DNA of 34,855 nt, taken from contig CAYPVT010000002.1 in assembly GCA_964414265.1 (NCBI GenBank), positions 1-34,855 on the forward strand, written 5' to 3'. Origin of the DNA: an uncultured Candidatus Saccharibacteria bacterium. Lineage in GTDB: Bacteria; Patescibacteriota; Minisyncoccia; Phycocordibacterales; VMEP01. The notes under the pieces were generated by a model, which was given only the letters and a program-made list of their open reading frames with translations, searched no databases and had not been told where the DNA came from. Positions 16,598-24,356 of this stretch are shown in pieces. Every line of letters starts with the position of its first letter. Position 1 is the first letter of the stretch. The position numbers and the translations under genes were made by a program.

Positions 16598-17092
16598 ATG
16601 CAAAATCGCACAGTAGTATCAGCACCGGCGGTGCTGGCTTTCGATCTCGAGAAAAAAATCGAGGCGTATCTCAAGTCGCACGAGTGGCACCGGCTGATTC
16701 ATCCGCACTTGGGGGACGATTTCATGGTCACTCTTTGGGGCGACGGAGATGTCGTCGGTGGCCTCGGCAAGGACGGTTTTGTCGAAATCGAGCGCAACAA
16801 GATTCCCGGGAAAAAGAACATTACCCGGGTTGTCGCAACCAAAAAGGCGGTGGAAAACTGCCTGAACGGAAGCATTCGCGTTCGTGCTCTTGAAACACAT
16901 GGTCTCGTCGAAGTGATTCAGGGCTGGTCCCTGATTTCTGTTCCCGACACGGTGAGGGCGAAGGTCATCAACCACCGTACCGGGGAAATCAACGACAAGG
17001 CGAAGCAGTTGAAATTGCGTTTTCCCAGCAAGCCGAACACGGGAAACGGCAGTCGGGCACAAGGTGGTACCTCGATGGAAATCACGGCCTGA
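16598..17092 (+). CDS. Hypothetical protein, GC-rich orphan P4
   Basis: GAAGGA lies 5 nt upstream of the ATG at 16598. Third codon positions are strongly G/C-biased in this frame. A terminator overlaps the stop. Confidence 0.55.
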   Translation: MQNRTVVSAPAVLAFDLEKKIEAYLKSHEWHRLIHPHLGDDFMVTLWGDGDVVGGLGKDGFVEIERNKIPGKKNITRVVATKKAVENCLNGSIRVRALETHGLVEVIQGWSLISVPDTVRAKVINHRTGEINDKAKQLKLRFPSKPNTGNGSRAQGGTSMEITA

Positions 17093-17117
17093 TTCGTTCA
17101 CGGCCGAATCATTTTTT
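17090..17117 (+). terminator. Rho-independent terminator of P4
   Basis: TGATTCG-ttcacggc-CGAATCA followed by TTTTTT. Confidence 0.7.
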
Positions 17118-17142
17118 CGTTTCATAAACAGAGGAGAAGTAG

Positions 17143-17322
17143 ATGAGCAATGGTTCACTGTCGTCGCGTAGCTTCGCGACTCGTCGTGCGGATTACTTCG
17201 CGCGGAAGGATGAGCAGGAAGGAAAAGTGGAAATGGGTTCCGGTAACGGGACCGAGACCGCTCCGGATAGCGAAGCATCAGTACAAGGTGTGGCGGAGAA
17301 ACATCCGCCCCCACAGCAATAA
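17143..17322 (+). CDS. Candidate 59 aa hydrophilic protein, GC-rich orphan P5
   Basis: GAGGAG lies 6 nt upstream of the ATG at 17143. Hand translation gives MSNGSLSSRSFATRRADYFARKDEQEGKVEMGSGNGTETAPDSEASVQGVAEKHPPPQQ. It is below the track cutoff. Confidence 0.4.
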   Translation: MSNGSLSSRSFATRRADYFARKDEQEGKVEMGSGNGTETAPDSEASVQGVAEKHPPPQQ

Positions 17323-17342
17323 CCGGCCGTAGGCCGTTACAA

Positions 17343-17382
17343 GGGTCCGCAAATCGTCAATCGACGAGGAGCGGCCCTTTTT
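17343..17382 (+). terminator. Imperfect terminator hairpin after P5
   Basis: GGGTCCGC...GCGGCCC with an inner CGTC/GACG stem, followed by TTTTT. Confidence 0.5.
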
Positions 17383-17427
17383 CATTTGTCGTGGCGACCT
17401 GATATAATAATTTTTAACCAACAGATA

Positions 17428-18498
17428 ATGAAAAATTCTACTGAAAATAAGGCGATGGAAAATGTCGCTTTCTATCGGAAATATCGTCCGCAGAAATTCG
17501 CCGATGTTTTAGGGCAGGAACAAGTTGTCTCTGTTATTGAAAATTCTCTCAAATCAGAAAGCATGGTGCATGCCTATCTTTTTGCGGGCTCGAGGGGCAC
17601 GGGAAAAACATCCGTTGCCAGAATTCTTGCGCGCGAGCTCGGCACCTCCACAAACGACCTATACGAAATAGATGCCGCTTCAAATCGTGGTATTGATGAT
17701 GTCCGCGCGCTAAAAGAATCGGTGCAGTCGCTTCCTTTTGATTCAAAATATAAAGTTTATATCATTGATGAAGTGCATATGCTCACCAAAGAAGCGTTTA
17801 ACGCGCTTTTGAAAACTCTTGAAGAGCCACCTAAATATGTAATTTTTATTTTAGCGACGACCGAAATTGAAAAATTGCCAGAGACCGTGGTGTCGCGTTG
17901 TCAGGTTTTTCAGTTCAAAAAACCATCAATTGAAACATTGCGTGGAGTGATAGAAAAAATCGTTAAATCAGAAGGATATAAAATAGAGAAGTCGGCAGGG
18001 GAATTGATTGCGCTTTTGGGTGAAGGTTCGTTTCGTGATACACAAGGAATACTTCAGAAAATAGTTGGGCTATCAAGCGACAAAGAAATTACCCGCGCAG
18101 AAGTTGAGAAAATAACCGGCGCGCCAAAAACAGAACTCGTCCGTGATTTTATTTCCGCGATTGCGACACATGATTTAGAACGCGGACTTTCTGCAGTGGG
18201 CAACACGGGAAAAGAAAATCGCGATATGAAGGTATATATGAAGCTTGTTTTGCGACAGTTGCGCGCAGCGCTTTTGCTTAAATACGCGCCGGCAGGGGCG
18301 GGGAGTTTGCTTTCGGATTTCGACGAAGACGAAAAGAAATTTTTAAACACGCTCATTAAAGAAAACGGCAAGAATATTACTTCGGGTGTATTAATAGAAC
18401 TGCTCACCGCCTATCAGCTTCTCGACTATTCATATATTCCCGAACTTCCTCTAGAACTTGCCCTCATTAAGATTGTCGGGCAAAATGACGCAAGTTAG
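17428..18498 (+). CDS. dnaX: DNA polymerase III subunit gamma/tau, short form
   Basis: YRPQKF, P-loop GSRGTGKTS, IIDEVHML and SRCQ motifs. The ATG at 17428 is preferred over the TTG at 17386. TGATATAAT lies at 17400-17408. Confidence 0.9.
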   Translation: MKNSTENKAMENVAFYRKYRPQKFADVLGQEQVVSVIENSLKSESMVHAYLFAGSRGTGKTSVARILARELGTSTNDLYEIDAASNRGIDDVRALKESVQSLPFDSKYKVYIIDEVHMLTKEAFNALLKTLEEPPKYVIFILATTEIEKLPETVVSRCQVFQFKKPSIETLRGVIEKIVKSEGYKIEKSAGELIALLGEGSFRDTQGILQKIVGLSSDKEITRAEVEKITGAPKTELVRDFISAIATHDLERGLSAVGNTGKENRDMKVYMKLVLRQLRAALLLKYAPAGAGSLLSDFDEDEKKFLNTLIKENGKNITSGVLIELLTAYQLLDYSYIPELPLELALIKIVGQNDAS

Positions 18499-18540
18499 TT
18501 TAGTTTCGCTAACAAGCTAATGCCTATAGCTGAATTTATA

Positions 18541-18623
18541 GGGGATCGTCTTTGTTTGTGTGTAGCGCTGGGGGGTCGGCGTACGGGGGGGGAATGAAAT
18601 CTGAACTGCTTCAGATTTCATCC
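18541..18623 (+). other. Degenerate tRNA-Gln 5'-derived fragments plus a 12 bp hairpin
   Basis: GGGGATCGTCT (18541-18551) equals tRNA positions 18664-18674. GCTGGGGGGTCGGCGTACGG (18567-18586) resembles GCTGGGGGATCGTCTAACGG. The hairpin is ATGAAATCTGAA-ctgc-TTCAGATTTCAT (18594-18621). Confidence 0.55.
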
Positions 18624-18661
18624 GGTTTCTTTAGAAAATTGCCGTTGTTTGTATTTTAAGC

Positions 18662-18732
18662 TGGGGGATCGTCTAACGGTAGGACATGAGCCTTTGAAGC
18701 TCAGTATCTAGGTTCGATTCCTAGTCCCCCAG
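18662..18732 (+). tRNA. tRNA-Gln (anticodon UUG), no encoded CCA
   Basis: Acceptor TGGGGGA/TCCCCCA, anticodon arm TGAGC-CTTTGAA-GCTCA, T arm CTAGG-TTCGATT-CCTAG, discriminator G. The layout parallels E. coli tRNA-Gln. Confidence 0.9.
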
Positions 18733-18764
18733 CTTAAAACGGAAACAGGCAATAGGGAGCCTTT
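18729..18764 (+). repeat. 36 nt direct repeat, left copy (tRNA-Gln 3' tip, 22 nt spacer, then GAGCCTTT)
   Basis: CCAGCtTAAAACGGAAACAGGCAATAGGgAGCCTTT. The right copy at 20282-20317 differs at 2 positions and the 22-mer core is identical. Confidence 0.85.
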
Positions 18765-18811
18765 GAAGAGAGAGGAGATTCTAGTCATCAGTTTGTGTAT
18801 AATTGTCGATT

Positions 18812-19348
18812 ATGGCAATCAAAAAAACATCAGAGATTGGTAGTAAAATAATACGCTCCCAATCAAAAGAAGTTGAAAAAATAATTTCTTTGAGAGTTAA
18901 GAAAATAATAGTTGATCTTGTTGATACCATGAGGCATGTAAATTTGGTCGGTATGGCGGCACCCCAAATTGGAATAGGAAGTAGAATTTTTGTTACTGAA
19001 ATTAGGAAGACAATAACACGAAAAAATATTTCTAAACTTGACCCGCTTAAGGTTTTTATCAACCCCAAAATAACTAAGACCTCAAAGAAACTTGTTGGTG
19101 GATATGAGGGTTGCGGAAGTGTCGCTTCGGGAGGATTATTCGGAATTGTGAGAAGACCAGAAACTGTTTCTGTTCGAGCTTTTAATGAAATAGGTGAAGA
19201 ATTTGAGTTAGAGACCTCTGGGTTGTTAGCAAGAATTATTCAACACGAGATTGACCATCTTGATGGAATTTGTTTTATTGATAAAGTTACAGATACTAAA
19301 AAACTGTTGGGTCGTCAAGAATATATCAAAATGGGAAGAAAAAAGTAG
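18812..19348 (+). CDS. def: Peptide deformylase
   Basis: GMAAPQIG, EGCGS and QHEIDHLDG motifs. The ATG at 18812 is preferred over the TTG at 18803. TATAAT at 18798-18803 lies 8 nt upstream. Confidence 0.9.
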   Translation: MAIKKTSEIGSKIIRSQSKEVEKIISLRVKKIIVDLVDTMRHVNLVGMAAPQIGIGSRIFVTEIRKTITRKNISKLDPLKVFINPKITKTSKKLVGGYEGCGSVASGGLFGIVRRPETVSVRAFNEIGEEFELETSGLLARIIQHEIDHLDGICFIDKVTDTKKLLGRQEYIKMGRKK

Positions 19349-19414
19349 ACCTGACTTTTTTGGGAAAAGAATCTAACGGGTTTGAGATAGTTTCGGAGTC
19401 CGAGGAGTATCGAT

Positions 19415-20194
19415 ATGGAACAAATTAAAATTAAAAACTCAAATGGTCAAAATATTTCAGCGATAGTTAATTGCTCGACCAAATCATATAATCGCCTCGC
19501 GATTTTGTGTCCCGGGTATTTAGACACCAAAGACTACAAGCACTTAACCACGCTTGCTGAAAGGCTAGTGGAAAAAGGATACGATGTGGTGAGATTCGAT
19601 CCTACCGGCACATGGGAAAGCGAAGGTGATATTTCAGAATACACCACCACCCAATATCTCGCTGACATAAAAAGCATACTCGAGTACATGGTCAATAAAA
19701 ATTTGTATGACTACGTGCTTCTTGGAGGACACAGCCGAGGAGGTCAAGTTTCAATTCTTTTTGCGGCAGAAAACCCTAAAATCAATGCGGTGTTTGGGAT
19801 AATGCCTTCTCAGGGAAAAGTTGAAGAAGAGGATAAGAAAGAATGGAGAGAAGCTGGAGTGCGTCTCTCAAAAAGAGATTTGCCAAATGACCAGAGTAAA
19901 ACAGTTGAATTCAAGGTTCCGTATAGTCATATGCAGGATCGCGAACAATACAATACTCTTGAAGCAGTCAAAACAGTGCGGGCACCAATTGTCTTGGTCG
20001 CTGGAGAGTTAGATGATATCGTCGAACCTGCCGAAGTAAAAGAAATATTTGATGATGCTAACGAACCCAAGAGATTTGTTTTGATTGAAGATATAGGGCA
20101 CGATTATAGACTTAGCGAATCGGAAATTTCCAAAGTAAATAGTAGAATTATAGAGAACCTTTTCCCGCTTACTTCAATTTCGGTAAAGACGTGA
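19415..20194 (+). CDS. Alpha/beta-fold hydrolase
   Basis: Nucleophile elbow GGHSRGG, then GELDDIV and GHDY, consistent with a Ser-Asp-His triad. GAGGAG SD lies 7 nt upstream. Confidence 0.75.
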   Translation: MEQIKIKNSNGQNISAIVNCSTKSYNRLAILCPGYLDTKDYKHLTTLAERLVEKGYDVVRFDPTGTWESEGDISEYTTTQYLADIKSILEYMVNKNLYDYVLLGGHSRGGQVSILFAAENPKINAVFGIMPSQGKVEEEDKKEWREAGVRLSKRDLPNDQSKTVEFKVPYSHMQDREQYNTLEAVKTVRAPIVLVAGELDDIVEPAEVKEIFDDANEPKRFVLIEDIGHDYRLSESEISKVNSRIIENLFPLTSISVKT

Positions 20195-20211
20195 TCATTC
20201 CGAGAAGCGTA

Positions 20212-20290
20212 AAAACGGCAGAATAAAAGTAATCAAAAAAGCCATGTGAGGCTTGATGGGTAAATATACAAGACCGAGGAGCCAGCCTAA
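20212..20290 (+). repeat. About 80 nt direct repeat, copy A
   Basis: AAAACGGCAGAATAAAAGTAATCAAAAAAGCC...GGTAAATATACAAGACCGAGGAGCCAGCCTAA aligns without gaps to 25722-25801 at roughly 80% identity by eye. Confidence 0.8.
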
Positions 20291-20317
20291 AACGGAAACA
20301 GGCAATAGGAAGCCTTT
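20282..20317 (+). repeat. 36 nt direct repeat, right copy
   Basis: CCAGCcTAAAACGGAAACAGGCAATAGGaAGCCTTT, matching 18729-18764. Confidence 0.85.
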
Positions 20318-20324
20318 ATTATTA

Positions 20325-20353
20325 AGTATCTAGGTCTGATTCCTAGTCCCTCA
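20325..20353 (+). pseudogene. tRNA-Gln 3'-half remnant (T arm plus acceptor)
   Basis: AGTATCTAGGTCTGATTCCTAGTCCCTCA compared with tRNA positions 18703-18731 (AGTATCTAGGTTCGATTCCTAGTCCCCCA) gives 26/29 identity. There is no 5' half, and the anticodon loop is degraded to ATTATTA. Confidence 0.8.
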
Positions 20354-20461
20354 TTTTAGTTTTTGAGCTATTTTATGGGGGTTATTCGTGCGTGGAATGA
20401 TAAAGTAGTACTATAAAGCGACAAAGCAGTAGTCTTCGTTTAGCGAATTTTTGAAGTAATT

Positions 20462-21127
20462 ATGATAAAGATTAAGGATATCCCCAAAATAGATAGACCG
20501 AGAGAGAAGTTGGAAAAATATGGCCCAGGAAAATTATCCGATGCTGAACTTTTGGCAATTCTACTTCGAACAGGAACTAAAGATTTAAATGTTTTAAAGT
20601 TATCTCAAAAGATTTTGCAAAAATTTGAAAATGAAAAATTTATTAATATTACAATTGATGAATTGAAAACCATTCATGGATTAGGCTCAGTAAAGGCTTG
20701 TGAAATTATTGCTTGTTTTGAACTTGGAAAACGCATGCTGAAAGATAAAAAAACATCAATTTTACTTTCACCTAAAGATGTTTGGGAACGAACGGAAGAT
20801 ATTCGAGGAAGTAAAAAAGAGCATTTTGTAGTTTTTTATTTAGATAGTAGAAACCAAGAAATACAAAAAGAAGTTATTTCCGTAGGAACTCTTAATGAAA
20901 GTCTTGTCCATTCTCGGGAAGTATTTGAGAGTGCAATCAAAAACAATGCCGCTTCAATTATTTTAGCCCACAATCATCCCTCTGGAGATTTGGAACCATC
21001 ACAAGCTGATATTGAGATAACAAAAAAATTAATTCACGCTGGGAAAATTCTAGATATCAAAGTTATTGACCATATAGTTGTTTCAGGTGGTGCAGGTTGT
21101 TTTAAAAGTATCATTCAAAATATATGA
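20462..21127 (+). CDS. radC: RadC-like JAB/MPN domain protein
   Basis: N-terminal HhH-like region (LSDAELLAILLRTG) and a JAMM motif (ILAHNHPSGDLEPSQADIEITKKL). Confidence 0.85.
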   Translation: MIKIKDIPKIDRPREKLEKYGPGKLSDAELLAILLRTGTKDLNVLKLSQKILQKFENEKFINITIDELKTIHGLGSVKACEIIACFELGKRMLKDKKTSILLSPKDVWERTEDIRGSKKEHFVVFYLDSRNQEIQKEVISVGTLNESLVHSREVFESAIKNNAASIILAHNHPSGDLEPSQADIEITKKLIHAGKILDIKVIDHIVVSGGAGCFKSIIQNI

Positions 21128-22935
21128 ATAAATATAAAACTTTGGTAAAAATTTTGGATGAAATTAGGTTTGAGGCACCATTAGAATATAAGTCATATCG
21201 CCCAGAAGATAATGATTTGGAGAAAATTAACCAAGCAAGATCAAGAGCATTTATCCATCTTTTTCTAAAAGGTAATTTTAATCTTTTAGACTTTAAAGAA
21301 AGAGAGAATTTTGTTACTGACGGAGCAGATGACGGTGGTATCGATGCATATTATATAGATAAGATAAATAAAAAAGTTTATATAATACAATCCAAATTTA
21401 GAACAAATGACAATAACTTCGAAGAAAGAGAGATTACCTTTGAGGAATTATTAAAGATGGATATCACAGAGATTTTAGAAGGGAATGAGTTTGATGCTCA
21501 AGATACTGCTTATTGTTCAAAAATTAAACAGTTACAGAGAGATGTAAATCAAACAGAAGGTATTGCTCGTTATAAAAACATAGTTGTTATCCTTGCAAAT
21601 ATTAAGAACATAACACCGGCCCAGCTTAAAAAACTTACTGGTGGTTTTGATGTGTCTATTTTTAACTATGAACAGGTTTATAAAAAGTTATTATTTCCAA
21701 TTGTTTCTGGTACTTACTACAATAAAGATGAGATACATATTTCTATAAACCTTTTAGGTAAGTCATCAAACGAAAACGTAACTTACAATGTAAAAACAGA
21801 GTACGGTGAATGCGATATTACGGTTCTGTTTGTACCAGTATCAGAAGTAGCGAGAATTGTTTATCAGTTTAAAAATTCGATTCTCAAATATAACCCCAGG
21901 TCTTATTTGGAAATGCAAAACAATACAATTAACCACAATATTTATAATTCTATTGTAGGAAAAACAACAAATGATTTTGCTTTGTTAAATAATGGAATTA
22001 CTCTTTTATCTAGTGAAACAAATATTAATAATAAAGTTGGAAAGAAAGACGAAGCCCAACTTATAGTTATGAATCCACAAATAATTAATGGTGGGCAAAC
22101 ATCTTACACACTAAGTCGTATATATGAAGAGATATTGAACAATAAAGAATCTGAAGACGTTTTTAAAAATAAAGAAGTTCTTCTTAAAATTATAACACTG
22201 AGTGATTTGTCAGAAGAAATAGACTCTGAACAGCACAAACTTATTGAGTCAATCTCTAAATCGACCAATAACCAGTCTCTAGTTAAAGAAGCTGACCGAA
22301 GATCAAATGACGGGGTGCAGTTGGTTCTTCAAGAAGAAATTTATAATACTTATGGTTTATATTACGAAAGAAAGAAGGGGGAATTTGCCGATGGTGTAAA
22401 AAATAATTATTTACACAGAAGTGAGATTATTGATAGGGTTGAGTTTATAAGATTTGCACTTGCTTCCAAGTTTCCGGTTATGGTAAATAACCAGAATCCA
22501 AAAAATATTTCCGAAAATAAAATGTTTGAAGAGAAGTTTTTTGTGAGTGTTTTAGGTGATGGTTCTAATTATAAACATATAATGTATGTTTATTTTGCGT
22601 ATCAAGATTTAAAAATTATTAAACAAGGGGAGGCTCAAGATAAAAAAGATAGATTTGCAACTTCAAAATACGGAAGAGCGCTTAGATATGGAGATATTGC
22701 GGTAGTAATGATTTGTAAGTATAAATTTTACGAAGATAATTTTAATATAGAAAATATAAAAAGTCAGGTCTTAAATGTATTAAAAGAATGGTTAAAATTT
22801 GAAGAGTATGCTTTTAGTTTAAAAACAAACTCGGAATACTTTAATGAAGCAATTGGTGAAGCAAACTATTATGGCTATTATAAGGGTTCAACAATAATGA
22901 AAGACCTATATAAGTATTTTATTAAAAATGACTAA
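21124..22935 (+). CDS. AIPR-like protein (abortive infection phage resistance family) with an N-terminal PD-(D/E)xK-like motif
   Basis: 603 aa. The N-terminus has DGADDGGIDAYYIDKINKKVYIIQSKFR, a D...D-x-ID...QxK pattern. The centre has NNGITLL and NPQIINGGQTSYT, reminiscent of AIPR family motifs as I recall them. The start overlaps the radC stop (ATGA). Confidence 0.6.
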   Translation: MNKYKTLVKILDEIRFEAPLEYKSYRPEDNDLEKINQARSRAFIHLFLKGNFNLLDFKERENFVTDGADDGGIDAYYIDKINKKVYIIQSKFRTNDNNFEEREITFEELLKMDITEILEGNEFDAQDTAYCSKIKQLQRDVNQTEGIARYKNIVVILANIKNITPAQLKKLTGGFDVSIFNYEQVYKKLLFPIVSGTYYNKDEIHISINLLGKSSNENVTYNVKTEYGECDITVLFVPVSEVARIVYQFKNSILKYNPRSYLEMQNNTINHNIYNSIVGKTTNDFALLNNGITLLSSETNINNKVGKKDEAQLIVMNPQIINGGQTSYTLSRIYEEILNNKESEDVFKNKEVLLKIITLSDLSEEIDSEQHKLIESISKSTNNQSLVKEADRRSNDGVQLVLQEEIYNTYGLYYERKKGEFADGVKNNYLHRSEIIDRVEFIRFALASKFPVMVNNQNPKNISENKMFEEKFFVSVLGDGSNYKHIMYVYFAYQDLKIIKQGEAQDKKDRFATSKYGRALRYGDIAVVMICKYKFYEDNFNIENIKSQVLNVLKEWLKFEEYAFSLKTNSEYFNEAIGEANYYGYYKGSTIMKDLYKYFIKND

Positions 22936-24325
22936 AATATATCAAACAAAAGAACAAATTTTGGAAAAAGCAGAAACAATTTTGCACAAATCTTTGCGTG
23001 GGTTTATCTCTACAGAAGCACTTGGAATTATTGAGACTCAAATTGGAGAATATGGGATGAAGCGTAAAGGTTTCTTGGGTGATTTGATAGAAAAATACTT
23101 TTTCGATATTAACCCTGGAAATATTAGCGAGCCAGATTTTAAAATTGCAGAAGTCGAACTTAAAACAACCCCACTAAAGAAACACAACAATAACAGATTA
23201 GTTTCAAAAGAAAGATTAGTTTTCTCGATGATTAACTACGACACTGTCGTAAATGAAACATGGAAGTTAAGCTCTTTCTTAAAAAAGAACAAGTCATTAT
23301 TGTTGATGTTCTACTTATGGAAAGAAAATAAGAGTATTCTTGATTATGAATTTAAATTTGTCTATTTATTGAATTTACTAGAAGATATTTCCAGTGAAGA
23401 TGTTTTTCAAATTCAGAAAGATTGGGAGTATATTGTTTCAAAAATAAAACGAGGAGAGGCACATCTTCTGTCTGAGGGCGACACCTATTATCTCGGTGCT
23501 TGTACAAAGGCGGCGAATAGTCGAGTTGTAAGAGATCAGCCAATGAATCGTGCACCCGCAAAACCTCGTGCGTTTTCTTTCAAACAACAATATATAAATT
23601 ATTTAATTCAAACAAAACTACTTGGCGAAAAAACAAACACAGACTCAATTTTTAAGAAACAGAGACGAATTGAAACCATTGAAGATTTAATTAAGGAAAA
23701 ATTTTCCATTTTTATAGGAAAAACTGACGAGGAGATACTTGGTAAACTTGGCTCAAATCTCGGCACCAAAGCAAAAAGTTACAAGAGGTTGATTGTTAAT
23801 AGGATTCTCGATGTTAATTCAAATAATATCGAAGAACTAGAAAAAGCCAATATAACTCTTAAAGTAATAACACTTGAACACAGCGGAACACTTAGGGAGT
23901 CTATGTCATTCCCCGCATTTGATTATAAAGATTTAGTAACTTAGATTTGGAGTGATGACGAAGAAGAATCAATGGCTGATTTTCACCTACAACTTGAAAC
24001 GAAGAAATTCTTGTTCGTTGTGTTTCAAAAACAAAAAGGGAGTCCTCGTATAATACTTAAAAAAACTATGTTTTGGAATTTTCCCATGAAAGATATTTCT
24101 GAAGCAGAGAGTGTTTGGCAAAAAACAATTGATTGTATCAATGAAGGTAGGTATGATAAATTACCAAAACTTAAAAATAGTCACGTAGCACATGTTCGTC
24201 CGCACGGAAAAGACTCGAAGGATACAATTACAACACCTCAAAACACGCAGGAAATGAAACGCTGTTTTTGGCTTAATGCTAAATACATACAGCAAGCCAT
24301 AGAAAACAAAAAAGATCAAGGTTGA
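22928..24325 (+). pseudogene. Sau3AI/MutH-family type II restriction endonuclease interrupted by one in-frame TAG (23942-23944)
   Basis: The N-terminal ORF (22928-23944) carries the MutH/Sau3AI catalytic signature SEPDFKIAEVELKTTPLKK. The ORF at 23972-24325 is in the same frame (offset 1044 = 348 x 3) and carries a Sau3AI-like C-terminal tail (HVAHVRPHGKDSKD...KRCFWLNAKYI). Joined, the length is about 465 aa. Confidence 0.75.
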
Positions 24326-24341
24326 TCAATTCACTGCTATT

Positions 24342-24350
24342 TGCTATAAT
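24342..24350 (+). promoter_or_regulatory. Extended -10 box (TGCTATAAT) 6 nt upstream of the methyltransferase ATG
   Basis: TGcTATAAT at 24342-24350, ATG at 24357, no SD. A TTGATCAA palindrome containing GATC lies at 24322-24329 and overlaps the upstream stop codon. Confidence 0.45.
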
Positions 24351-24356
24351 TACCTC

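Noticed and set aside
16619-17314. 231 aa minus-strand ORF spanning the GC-rich island
   Set aside because: It lies antisense to P4 and P5 and crosses the P4 terminator. The plus-strand frames have strong SDs, G/C-biased third positions and plus-oriented T-tract terminators. Long antisense ORFs are expected in GC-rich DNA.
18571-18592. G-runs (GGGGGG...GGGGGGGG) upstream of tRNA-Gln as a possible G-quadruplex
   Set aside because: There are only two substantial G-tracts. They are better explained as part of a degenerate tRNA-Gln 5'-like copy.
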